From an uncultured Candidatus Saccharibacteria bacterium (lineage in GTDB: Bacteria > Patescibacteriota > Minisyncoccia > UBA6257 > 2-01-FULL-56-20), in contig CAYHXC010000008.1 in assembly GCA_964360585.1 (NCBI GenBank), positions 8 through 64,007 of the forward strand: a stretch of 64,000 nucleotides of DNA, in the 5' to 3' direction. The notes under the pieces are model-generated. The model was not told the origin of the DNA. It was given only the letters and a program-made list of their open reading frames with translations, and ran no database searches. The translations under genes and the position numbers were made by a program. How positions within the stretch are numbered: position 1 is the stretch's first letter; every line of letters starts with the position of its first letter. Below are positions 1-8,808 of this stretch, in pieces.

Positions 1-200
1 AAAGTCGCGACTATTTGGATATTATTGAAAGAGCGCCGGATACTTACGCCAAAGTTTCCGCAGATTGGCGGCAGGAAAATTTCATTATGGCCGTGTCGGT
101 TATATATTTTTTGCATAACCGAGAAAACCATCCTGATTTTCTGTTTCCTTGGTTCTTTCAGCTCCTCCGGCACAAGAACGGAAATATTCTACGTGTATAG
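1..200 (+). CDS. 3' part of a hypothetical protein running in from the window edge, possibly truncated
   Basis: Open frame from the window start to the stop at 200; protein-like composition; no recognised motif. Confidence 0.4.
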   Translation, partial: SRDYLDIIERAPDTYAKVSADWRQENFIMAVSVIYFLHNRENHPDFLFPWFFQLLRHKNGNILRV

Positions 201-237
201 GCTGGTTACGGTAATAGTTCCAATTACCCTCCTTTAC

Positions 238-332
238 TGAAGCTCTGGCGGACGAGTCGGACGGGCAAGCGCCTGCCTGCCGGTAGGCTGGTCCCCTTCG
301 ACAAGCTCAGGGTAAACCACGTCGAGAGCCTT
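238..332. repeat. Cluster of REP-like short palindromes
   Basis: CCTGCCTGCCGGTAGG and CCCTTCGACAAGCTCAGGG; the TTCGACA(A/G)GCTCA core recurs at 3595 and 60511. Confidence 0.6.
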
Positions 333-658
333 ATGGGATGAACGGACACAAAACGTCCGTTTTTCTCTATGCTTATTTCCCCTTTTTAGCATAGTACACT
401 GGACAAAAAATACCGATGTTGTCCACTACAGTGATCCAACTGGTCAAAATCAGCTTTTCCGTAATGATACAAAAGTGTCATATTACGGAAACGCAGAGTA
501 AAAAGTCTTAGTTTACTGACTTTGTGCACCTTGCCCCTAGCGTATCAATTGCATCGCCTTTTTGTGTCAAGTCGTAATACAGATATCCTTATTGCACTTT
601 TTATGGATATCTGGTAATATGGGAATACGTATTTCAACTTAGATAAAACAGTAAAACT

Positions 659-1819
659 ATGGCAAACAAAGCGCAGCAAAATCACTTTATAGCGGGGACC
701 CACAAGAAGCACTTTTGGGGCAAAGACTACGAATATCGGAGTTTTTTGCCGTCCCCGGTTAATCGCCCTTATGAATGGCAGGACAAAAGAATCCCCGTCC
801 TCTTGGAAGAAGCGATCAGACTTGTCGGTGAATTGAATGCCTACTCCATCCTTGTTCCAGATGTAGATTTTTTCATTCAAATGCACGTACGTAATGAAGC
901 AGTGAAGTCAAGTCGCATTGAAGGTACTCGCACCGGCATGGATGAAGCCGTCTTGCCGGAAGAAGAAATCTCTCCAGAAAAAAGAGACGATTGGACCGAG
1001 GTGCAAAATTATATAAAAGCAATGAATACAAGCATTGCTCGACTTAGCGAGCTCCCAATCTCAATGAGACTTCTGCAAGGAGCTCACAAAATTTTGTTGT
1101 CTGGTGTTCGTGGCGAACACAAACAGCCGGGAGAAGTTCGCACTGGGCAAAATTGGATTGGTGGCACAAGTATTCAGACGGCCGCTTTCATTCCACCTCA
1201 CCCCGAAGATATGGGAGAGGCCTTAAAGGACCTTGAGTTCTTTTGGCATAACAAAGGATTGAATATGCCTCATCTGATCAAGATGGCGATTTCTCATTAT
1301 CAGTTTGAGACAATTCACCCCTTCAATGATGGTAATGGAAGAATTGGTCGTATGCTGATCGGACTTCATCTTATTGAACTTGGAATTCTACGAAAACCAA
1401 CACTATACCTTTCTGACTTCTTTGAAAGAAACAAAGGAGCGTATTATGACGCGCTCACTTTTGTGCGTGAGCGAAACGATTTGGATCAATGGATTGTATT
1501 TTTTCTCTCGGCAGTCATTGAAACAGCTAAAAAAGGCAAGGACACATTTGAGAAGATTATTGATCTACGCGCTCGCTACGAGAAACAAATTATGGAGCTT
1601 GGACGTCGGGCAAAACTGGCTCATAAACTGTTGTTGCAATCATTCTCTATGCCGGCATTTAAGGTTTCTAATGCCTCTAAATATCTGAATGCCTCGAATA
1701 CGGCAACCAATACTCTTGTCGGAGAAATGGAACGTGTCGGAATTCTTAAAGAAGTAACCGGTTTTTCCCGTAACCGGATTTTTGTCTTGCACGAGTATCT
1801 GGAGCTCTTTAAGAGATAA
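659..1819 (+). CDS. Fic family protein with N-terminal inhibitory helix and C-terminal HTH
   Basis: Complete Fic motif [12 protein letters not shown]; SSRIEG fits (S/T)xxxE(G/N). Confidence 0.93.
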   Translation: MANKAQQNHFIAGTHKKHFWGKDYEYRSFLPSPVNRPYEWQDKRIPVLLEEAIRLVGELNAYSILVPDVDFFIQMHVRNEAVKSSRIEGTRTGMDEAVLPEEEISPEKRDDWTEVQNYIKAMNTSIARLSELPISMRLLQGAHKILLSGVRGEHKQPGEVRTGQNWIGGTSIQTAAFIPPHPEDMGEALKDLEFFWHNKGLNMPHLIKMAISHYQFETIHPFNDGNGRIGRMLIGLHLIELGILRKPTLYLSDFFERNKGAYYDALTFVRERNDLDQWIVFFLSAVIETAKKGKDTFEKIIDLRARYEKQIMELGRRAKLAHKLLLQSFSMPAFKVSNASKYLNASNTATNTLVGEMERVGILKEVTGFSRNRIFVLHEYLELFKR

Positions 1820-1908
1820 AACCATGCCACAGAAAATTGCCAAATGATCTGCAAGATAGACAACCGGACTAAATCTGGAAATTAAATTTATGTTAAGTAA
1901 AAAAAATA

Positions 1909-2481
1909 ATGATCATAACCATAAAAATTATCCTAATATTTATAGTCCCTTTAATTCTAAGTTTGGTCATTCGGTCAAGTCATCATCAAACATATGAATT
2001 TGTGAATAAGGAAAGCAAAAGAATGGTTGCACCTACGGTGCCATATCCTTATTTGTCAGGTTTGTTTTCGGATATACTGCTTCAAATTGGCATAAGTCCT
2101 TATAGTTTTTGCATAGAAAACAATTCTTTTTCAAAAGAATATTCTCTGCCCCATGACTTAGCTTTTAGATTAGAGGGTGAGGCTGAGTTTAGTAAAATTC
2201 ACTACAGCGAAAAAAAATGTATACCCATACTTAAAAAAGATGTTTTCTACGATGTGGCATGGGGTGGCTTTGTTATTCCTAATAAAGAATGGGCAGACAA
2301 GAATTTTAAATGCGATTCTGGAAAGTGTTCACTAAATTTTAAAGTTGATGAAATTGTGAACTTCAATGTTTATTCACGATTAAATTTTCCAGCACTAATT
2401 ATTGTGTATATCCTTTTAGTCGCCGCCGTGTTTGGATTTGTTAAGCTTGCTATTTCTTTATACACTTTCATCAGGCCGTAA
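1909..2481 (+). CDS. Hypothetical membrane protein, AT-rich
   Basis: 190-aa ORF with hydrophobic helices at both ends; visibly lower GC than neighbours. Confidence 0.7.
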   Translation: MIITIKIILIFIVPLILSLVIRSSHHQTYEFVNKESKRMVAPTVPYPYLSGLFSDILLQIGISPYSFCIENNSFSKEYSLPHDLAFRLEGEAEFSKIHYSEKKCIPILKKDVFYDVAWGGFVIPNKEWADKNFKCDSGKCSLNFKVDEIVNFNVYSRLNFPALIIVYILLVAAVFGFVKLAISLYTFIRP

Positions 2482-2489
2482 TTGTAATT

Positions 2490-2735
2490 GCCGCCGCCAA
2501 AAAATTCGCCAGCCCAAGCGAGAGCGAGGCGGGAACTGCAAAGCACATACAAGTCGAATCAAAACCCTAGTAGTACAGCATCCCCGTAGCAGAAACTTCG
2601 TTTCGCTACGGAACAAGAAGCTGACTACGGGGCAAGCAACCCCGAAGCAAACGCGATGCGTTGCAACGGGGCGAGCCCCATACCAGTTCGCGACGGGTAA
2701 ACCCGCCTTTGCCAGAGGCTACGGACGGGCAGGCA
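2490..2735. repeat. Mosaic of nested GC-rich palindromic repeats
   Basis: CCCCGTAG...CTACGGGG, CCCCG...CGGGG and CCCGCCTTTGCCAGAGGCTACGGACGGGCAGG hairpins; no credible ORF. Confidence 0.55.
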
Positions 2736-2879
2736 AATGGTAAATTCGTGGTGCCTTACACGTTCTCGTACTTGGCAAGCAGGCCTTGACACCATCTTTC
2801 AAAAAGTGCGGCCACGAGGAGATATTCGCACAGTGGAGTCCTGCGACGAGGAGTTAATCGGTTCTGTTATAATTTCACT

Positions 2880-3335
2880 ATGCACAGATTAGATACGGAA
2901 AAACAAATCTTTTTCTACGAGAATGAGTTCTATGTCTTCTCCAATTATTCTTCTTTCACCATCGAATGGAAAGGTAGCTTATATCCAACATCGGAACATG
3001 TATACCACTCTGAAAAATTTAATGACGAGAACCTAAAAGAGCAAGTGAGACTTGCGCGTTCAGCCCATGATTCGCAAAAGTTCGCGCAAGCGAATGTCGA
3101 TAAATACAGAAAGGATTGGAATCAAATTAGGATAGGTATTATGAAAGATATCCTTCTAGTAAAAGTTGAGCAACATCCCTACGTGAAGAAGAAGCTTCTG
3201 GAATCAGAAAACAAGGAACTTATTGAAGATTCCTGGCGAGATTCATTTTGGGGCTGGGGACCAAATAAAGATGGTGAGAATCGCCTTGGTAAGCTTTGGA
3301 TGGAAATCAGGAATGATTTTAGAAATAAGGAGTAG
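2880..3335 (+). CDS. NADAR (YbiA-like) family protein
   Basis: FSNY, YPTSEHVYHSEKF, LIEDSWRDSFWGWG, GENRLGKLWMEIR motifs; TATAAT 6 nt before ATG. Confidence 0.92.
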   Translation: MHRLDTEKQIFFYENEFYVFSNYSSFTIEWKGSLYPTSEHVYHSEKFNDENLKEQVRLARSAHDSQKFAQANVDKYRKDWNQIRIGIMKDILLVKVEQHPYVKKKLLESENKELIEDSWRDSFWGWGPNKDGENRLGKLWMEIRNDFRNKE

Positions 3336-3357
3336 TTTTTCATAATATAATCAGGGT

Positions 3358-3615
3358 ATGTCCGAAAAAGAAACGTTGCACAAAGTGCCAGTGGATTTAC
3401 GAAAAGCTCTTACTTCCAGCGCCGCGGCGCGAGCAGTATGGGAGGACATTACGCCACTGGCGCGCAATGAGTGGATTTGCTGGGTCATCTCCGGTAAAAA
3501 AATGGAAACGAGAGGTATCCGTATCGAGAAAGCGCTCTCAAAACTGAAAGGCGGCATGCGCCGGCCTTGTTGCTGGGTCGGCTGTGGACATCGTGGTTCG
3601 ACAAGCTCACCATAA
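3358..3615 (+). CDS. YdeI/OmdA-associated family protein, copy 1
   Basis: VPxDLRKAL...WEDITPLARNEWICWV...RRPCCW pattern; C-terminus extended by an 18-nt repeat. Confidence 0.85.
   Translation: MSEKETLHKVPVDLRKALTSSAAARAVWEDITPLARNEWICWVISGKKMETRGIRIEKALSKLKGGMRRPCCWVGCGHRGSTSSP
3419..3594 (+). repeat. Left direct repeat (3' part of ydeI-like gene); partner at 12418-12593
   Basis: 3490-3594 matches 12489-12593 with one mismatch; the upstream ~70 bp is more diverged. Confidence 0.95.
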
Positions 3616-3617
3616 TT

Positions 3618-3710
3618 TTAGATTTTCCTGTTCTGTTGCAACTTATCTCGGTAGATAATGGAAACGAGCGCAAAACTGAGAATTAAGAGGAGGAACCAGG
3701 AGCCGATCTT
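3618..3710 (-). pseudogene. Orphan 3' end of a DUF817 gene
   Basis: Translates KIGSWFLLLILSFALVSIIYRDKLQQNRKI*, versus KVGSWFLLLILSFALVSIIYRSRFKRK* at the end of 15047-15826. Confidence 0.92.
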
Positions 3711-3788
3711 ATTGGCTGACGCACAAATCCAAAAAATCCTAGAACAACTTGAGAATCATGAAAAAAGTATAGCATCCTCGAAAAAAGA

Positions 3789-3828
3789 AAAAAGCCCGAT
3801 TACCACATGATGATGTGATAATCGGGCT
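3789..3828 (-). terminator. Intrinsic terminator of the SLOG operon
   Basis: AGCCCGATTA...TAATCGGGCT stem followed by a T-run on the minus strand. Confidence 0.75.
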
Positions 3829-3854
3829 CAAGTACTTTAGAACGGAATCACCTC

Positions 3855-4625
3855 TTAGCCTTCGATGAAGGCGGAGGCAACGAGCAGGTTTCGAAGTGAA
3901 ACCGGATCGTTCTTCGAGATGACGTGGAACTGAGGGATGAATTTGGCGACGTCCGCATGACCGCTTTCGATCTGCGCGATCACTTCGTCGGCCGCACGCC
4001 CCGTGCCTTCGACGAGCACTGTCGGCCAGCCGCGTCGTGCGGAGTGCATGATCTCATCTTTCGTGATAGGCCCGCCGTTCCAGGCGATGGTACCGAGAGC
4101 CTCGAAGCCGGCGTACGTCCTCCAGTGTTCCATCATGGTGAAGTAGGTGGGAACATCGAGGTCCCACTCTGCCTTACCGTCAGGACCATTCTGGACGATC
4201 AAGATGCCCAGCATGTCCGGATTTGGCACGGTTCCGTACTCGTCGAGCACGAGACGTGAGTCCTCCTGAAGTGAGAGCATGCTGGTGCGTGGACACGTGC
4301 CCAACGCGACACACCCCGGATTTTCCGAGGCGATCAGGCCCGGCACATCGGTGACCATCGGATCCACTTCGCCGTTCGCAACCTGACGCGTGCCGCCCGA
4401 CCAAGCCAGTCCTTCGAAACCTCGAAGAGCTTTCGAGAAAAACGAAAGCATTGCACGCTTGTCATCGGGTCCCATGCCTTTGCATCCGCCGAGGAAACGC
4501 AACGCCACCTTCTTTCGCGCGCGCGTACCCATGAGAGCGAATGCGGCGGGAAGACCATCGGTCGCATTCATCACGACCAGATGCACCTTCTCGCCATTCA
4601 CGTGATAAGGTCTCGTTCTATCCAT
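3855..4625 (-). CDS. SLOG superfamily protein (LSDAT/TRPM-SLOG-like), copy B
   Basis: GGC, WSGGT and NGGPITKDEI...WPTVLVEGTGRAAD motifs; start moved to MDRT after GGAGGAGG. Confidence 0.75.
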   Translation of the reverse strand: MDRTRPYHVNGEKVHLVVMNATDGLPAAFALMGTRARKKVALRFLGGCKGMGPDDKRAMLSFFSKALRGFEGLAWSGGTRQVANGEVDPMVTDVPGLIASENPGCVALGTCPRTSMLSLQEDSRLVLDEYGTVPNPDMLGILIVQNGPDGKAEWDLDVPTYFTMMEHWRTYAGFEALGTIAWNGGPITKDEIMHSARRGWPTVLVEGTGRAADEVIAQIESGHADVAKFIPQFHVISKNDPVSLRNLLVASAFIEG

Positions 4626-4649
4626 TATTCCTCCTCCCATCGCTGGGTG

Positions 4650-5447
4650 TTATGTTCCGGTTCTTTCTACAAGCCGGAAACGTGACTCAGTTTTCGGCAC
4701 TATCGAAAGTTTCTCGAGTTGATGCCGAAGTGACATTTCCGTAAGTTCGGCAACGTGAACATGCGGATGCGCCAGAAGAAATTCTTTATCGTTTGCGTAG
4801 CGATCGGTCGTCCGACCACTACCGCGGATAAGAAGAACTGGCCACGCACGCTTTGCCCAAAGAAGAATTTCCTTTTCGGTAATACCTCCTCCGTTATAGG
4901 TGAGTAGAAGCGACCGCCACCCGCCACCATAGGTGACGAGATGCTGAACAATCTCTGCACACGTCTCATACTCCGTGTCCCAACAGCTCTTCTGATCAAC
5001 AGAAGCCTGCACGATGAGACACGTATCCTGATTCGGATGTGCAATGGTGAAGTAGGGATCTTCCGGATTATCCGCGACCACCAGTCCGTGTTGGGTGAGC
5101 TGAAGATCGCTTTGTCGTGCGACAACCCCGAGCGTGTATGAGTCGGGGCAGAGCTCACGAACAATGGGCGCAATCTCAGTAATGCCTAGAACAACCTTTG
5201 TGGGATCACTCCGGGAACGCATCTGTGTCCCTCCGAAGAGAACTGCTCCGCGGAAACCGCGAAACACATTCCCAAAAAGATTAAACATTCCTTGAGCATG
5301 CTCATCGGACATGAATCCACAACCGCCGGTCAGTCGAACAACGACAGTGTCTTTAGCCTTCGTGAGGCTAAGAGCCACCTTTACGGAAAGCTTTTCCCCC
5401 TCGTTTTCTATATACAAGGAGGGAACGTTTTTCACAGGAAAGCTCAT
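4650..5447 (-). CDS. SLOG superfamily protein (LSDAT/TRPM-SLOG-like), copy A
   Basis: TGGC, LFGGT and NGGGITEKEI...WPVLLIRGSGRTTD motifs; SD AGGAGGAG; paralog of 3855-4625. Confidence 0.75.
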   Translation of the reverse strand: MSFPVKNVPSLYIENEGEKLSVKVALSLTKAKDTVVVRLTGGCGFMSDEHAQGMFNLFGNVFRGFRGAVLFGGTQMRSRSDPTKVVLGITEIAPIVRELCPDSYTLGVVARQSDLQLTQHGLVVADNPEDPYFTIAHPNQDTCLIVQASVDQKSCWDTEYETCAEIVQHLVTYGGGWRSLLLTYNGGGITEKEILLWAKRAWPVLLIRGSGRTTDRYANDKEFLLAHPHVHVAELTEMSLRHQLEKLSIVPKTESRFRLVERTGT

Positions 5448-5506
5448 GGATTCTCCTCCTTTTTTGATTCTGTTTTTTGAATTGTGAAGGGCTGAAACTA
5501 GGGCAC

Positions 5507-5535
5507 ATTATCATCTAATTTTAATGTATTGTCAA
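5507..5535 (-). promoter_or_regulatory. Sigma70-type promoter of the SLOG pair
   Basis: TTGACA-17 nt-GATAAT on the minus strand. Confidence 0.7.
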
Positions 5536-5610
5536 TACCCTGGATATACACAACCCGCGCGGTAAGAAGCGTACGTTTACGTCTGTATATTTGTCCCGTA
5601 GAATGACCTC

Positions 5611-7545
5611 ATGACCCCTGAAAAACCACATGATGGTGAGGGAAATACAGAACGAGTAGAAAAATCACACCTTACCCCTCCCGCTCTCGAACTACTTCTT
5701 GACACAGGAGAAGCGGTTGTCTGGCCGGAAAAAATCAAAAACGATGTCGAGTTTGTAAAGCAACGAGAAGAACGGAAACAACTGATTAATAATTTGGAGC
5801 GAGTCACAGATCGATTACCTCGTCCTGATGTTTCTCTCCAAAACGCCGTAGCAGAAAAGATCATTAGTGAACCGGAAGTCGCTACTTTATATGAATCGCT
5901 ACAGAAACTCCTAGAAGACCCGGACTATGGGAGAGCTCTTCTCTATATTCCTTTTGAGTTCTTACCGAAATCAACGTGGAGTGCCGAAACAACGGAACTG
6001 AAAACGGCGATAACGGCATTCACGAATATCTATCTAAAAACATGGGAGAAACTTCTTCATTCACATGACGTACGAACAAATTTTGTTGATGGCGATATGA
6101 TCGAAATAGATTTTCGCGAAGGAGATGACTGGCCTCGTGTAGTCAAAGCAGCCCACCTTATACCACAACTTTTAGAGCACGATCTCATTACTACGGAACA
6201 GATATTCTCTCTGGCAGAAAAAACTAACGATACTCTTCTGAAGAGTACTATTGACGACGCATTGCTCGTAGCAGCAGATCTTGGTCGTCTCACTCCAGAG
6301 GATCGAGCCCGCATGCGATCGTCCAGCGATGAAGCTCTTCGAGGAACGGAAAAACTATTTGATGAACCCCTTGCAAACGAAAGCAACGTTACCGGACCAA
6401 TCGATTTTCAAGTGGTTGAGCAGGAGCTGAACACCACACTAGAGGAAGCCCGAACGGCCGACTACGGCTCCGTATCCCCCAACAGAAAAACCTGGCTGCA
6501 ACAGGAAAAACGACGACACCTCCTTGCAGCGGCCAGCCAGAAAATGTATCAGGCAATTGCTTCCAAACAACTTACTCCCGAGATTGGAAAAACATATATT
6601 GAAACCACCGGCAGTGCTATGGGAGAAGCTTGCATTGAAGGCATACGACAAGCAGTAGAAGCCGCTGTGGAAAAAGATCCAGGCAAGGGACAGCAACTCT
6701 TCGAGGAGTATCGCAATGTTATTACTACCGCTTGGAAAGAAAAACGAATTGAGACTCGGGATGCGTTAGGAAAACTATTTTTCCGCCTCAATACTCTCGG
6801 TGTTATCAATACTCAAGAACTAGAAACTCTGGGAATTGCTCGCCCAAATCTGGTTGGGCCATTTACAGAAAATCTGAAGTTCATGGAATCTGAAATGGGC
6901 GATGTGGATCGAATGTTGCGAGCGATCGAGAACAATCCAGGATTATCAGAACTCATTTATCCAGTAATTCTGATGCACGGGTCACGACTTAAGGGCTATA
7001 GCGCCGCCGAGTCTGATATCGACATCAGTATTATTGTTCGCCCCGAGGTGTCTGTCGAAGAACGCGAAAAGTTAGAGAAATTATTACAAGATGTATTTGC
7101 TCACGAAAAAATCCCTGAAAAAGTGATTGAATTTTGGCTCACCGAAAAAGACGGAAATCTATCCGTTCGGAATTTTGAAAAAAACGATCCTGCTTTAGGA
7201 GAATCCTCGTTTGTTCATATCTTATTCGGCGCCGTCTGGAAAGGCGATCCGAAAGTAGTTGAAGAATTACGAGAAAAATTACTAGTCCCCTATTTTTATC
7301 CGACTGAAGAAAAACTCTACGGCCGAGAGGCGCGAGATATTTATATTGAGCAGTTAGAGCGCGATGCTCTCCAATATCGACTCATGCACAAGGGTTATGA
7401 ACGATTCTTTCCGCGATTCGGAGGTGTCCGTTCGAAGCACGCTAACTTAATTGATGGTGAAAGTACTTTCTGGGACTCTGGGTATCGACAAACTGCCTTA
7501 CAGTTGTATGCCCGTCGAGTATTCTTGCCGAAACTGCAATCATAA
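5611..7545 (+). CDS. Large protein with C-terminal Pol-beta superfamily nucleotidyltransferase domain
   Basis: ILMHGSRLKGYSAAESDIDISII fits hGS-x8-10-DxD; ~430-aa helical-looking N-terminus; TAGAAT 6 nt before ATG. Confidence 0.8.
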   Translation: MTPEKPHDGEGNTERVEKSHLTPPALELLLDTGEAVVWPEKIKNDVEFVKQREERKQLINNLERVTDRLPRPDVSLQNAVAEKIISEPEVATLYESLQKLLEDPDYGRALLYIPFEFLPKSTWSAETTELKTAITAFTNIYLKTWEKLLHSHDVRTNFVDGDMIEIDFREGDDWPRVVKAAHLIPQLLEHDLITTEQIFSLAEKTNDTLLKSTIDDALLVAADLGRLTPEDRARMRSSSDEALRGTEKLFDEPLANESNVTGPIDFQVVEQELNTTLEEARTADYGSVSPNRKTWLQQEKRRHLLAAASQKMYQAIASKQLTPEIGKTYIETTGSAMGEACIEGIRQAVEAAVEKDPGKGQQLFEEYRNVITTAWKEKRIETRDALGKLFFRLNTLGVINTQELETLGIARPNLVGPFTENLKFMESEMGDVDRMLRAIENNPGLSELIYPVILMHGSRLKGYSAAESDIDISIIVRPEVSVEEREKLEKLLQDVFAHEKIPEKVIEFWLTEKDGNLSVRNFEKNDPALGESSFVHILFGAVWKGDPKVVEELREKLLVPYFYPTEEKLYGREARDIYIEQLERDALQYRLMHKGYERFFPRFGGVRSKHANLIDGESTFWDSGYRQTALQLYARRVFLPKLQS

Positions 7546-7582
7546 AAAAAGCCGGACGATCACGAATGATTGTCCGGCTTAG
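7544..7582. terminator. Hairpin terminator between convergent genes
   Basis: AAGCCGGACGATCA...TGATTGTCCGGCTT with an A-run on the left. Confidence 0.7.
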
Positions 7583-7610
7583 GCTAACTACTAAAAAAGA
7601 ACTGTTGAGC

Positions 7611-8798
7611 CTAGAGACTGGTCTTGGCTTTGCCGCCGATGCCGGTGAGATCTCTTCCGCCATTGCGACGAACACCGCCACCGTCCAAGTGACTCCACGG
7701 AATCGCCACACCGAGCTGCCACAGCGCGGTGATGTAGGTGAGCTCCGTCTGGCCAACACTGACGTTCGGAAGCTCAATAACTCCCAGGGTGTAGCCCTTC
7801 AGACTCTGCTCGAGCCTGGGATAGTCTGATGAAACAGCCACTCCCAGCTGCTTGAGCATCTGATCGCGATTCAGTGCGCCGACCTGTGCCGGAAGACTCG
7901 GATTCTCCAGAGCCCTCCTGATCTGTTGAGCATCATAGGCCAATGCCATGGCCACGGGAATGCCCGTACCAGCAAAGATACCGTTGATGCTTGTGATCAC
8001 AGCTTCGGCTGCATCACGGAGACCGTCGGTGGGAGGCGGAGGCATCATTCCAGATGACAAACCTCCCGCCCCACCTGCCATACTGGCAAAGACGGCCATC
8101 ATGGTTGCTGGATTTGCCATTCCTTTCTGCCAGGAATCGATCCAGCCGACCAAGAGCTCTTGAAAAGAGATTAGGGACGGCCAAAGGTTGGTATCCATCT
8201 TGGCAAGCAGGGCTGTCTTGCGACTCTTCGTCGCGAAGCGGCCCGTTGGCCCTGGCATCGCCGCGAAGATCTCAGCATAGCTACGTTCGGTCAGGGTTCG
8301 CTGCATATCCCAGAACTCCGGACTGGCTGGTTCTTCGAGCGACTCGGCATTTCGCTCCATGGCAATGACGATCTTCTCAGGAAGGTCGTAGAGACCCACC
8401 CGATTGGCCAGCGCAGCACTCACGGTTCCAATGACCGTCTCGCGGTTGAACTTGAGAACTCCCCCAACCTTCAGGGCTGCGAGCCACGAAGTGTCGTCAG
8501 GAACGGGCGGCAGGACCCCCTCGAAGGAAATCCTTGCCATAGCAGCCGCGTCGGCCGGAGCGCTCACTGCCGGCTTCAGAGCCGCCAGCAGATTGCGAGC
8601 AGGAATTCGCTTCATCCCCGCTTCGATCAGATCGGCTTCGGTCAGTGCGCCGAGGTCTTCGACCTTGGTCACACCGAAGTCTTCCTTGATCTTGGCGATC
8701 ACATTCACGTCGGCGCCGTGCTCGATGAGCTTGGCGTCGACCGGATCCACTGGGGCTGGCTCTCCCGATGCTACGGGAGTGGTTTCCTCTGTTGTCAT
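7611..8798 (-). CDS. Hypothetical protein with N-terminal SAM-like helical domain, 395 aa
   Basis: Start MTTEE after SD AAGGAG, just downstream of the PurA-like stop; FGVTKVEDLGALTEADLIEAGMKRIPARNLLAAL resembles SAM/HhH. Confidence 0.8.
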   Translation of the reverse strand: MTTEETTPVASGEPAPVDPVDAKLIEHGADVNVIAKIKEDFGVTKVEDLGALTEADLIEAGMKRIPARNLLAALKPAVSAPADAAAMARISFEGVLPPVPDDTSWLAALKVGGVLKFNRETVIGTVSAALANRVGLYDLPEKIVIAMERNAESLEEPASPEFWDMQRTLTERSYAEIFAAMPGPTGRFATKSRKTALLAKMDTNLWPSLISFQELLVGWIDSWQKGMANPATMMAVFASMAGGAGGLSSGMMPPPPTDGLRDAAEAVITSINGIFAGTGIPVAMALAYDAQQIRRALENPSLPAQVGALNRDQMLKQLGVAVSSDYPRLEQSLKGYTLGVIELPNVSVGQTELTYITALWQLGVAIPWSHLDGGGVRRNGGRDLTGIGGKAKTSL

Positions 8799-8808
8799 GC
8801 GCTTCTCC

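Noticed and set aside
2482-2870. tRNA, tmRNA or self-splicing intron
   Set aside because: Highly structured, but no cloverleaf, T-arm/CCA end or intron catalytic domain could be traced; explained by nested repeats. An Infernal search would settle it
3855-5447. Thoeris system
   Set aside because: The SLOG proteins lack a SIR2 fusion and no ThsB-like TIR gene is in the operon
5611-7545. CBASS CD-NTase or MNT-HEPN toxin-antitoxin call
   Set aside because: Only the generic GS/DxD motif is visible; no Cap effector, Cap2/3 or HEPN partner recognised
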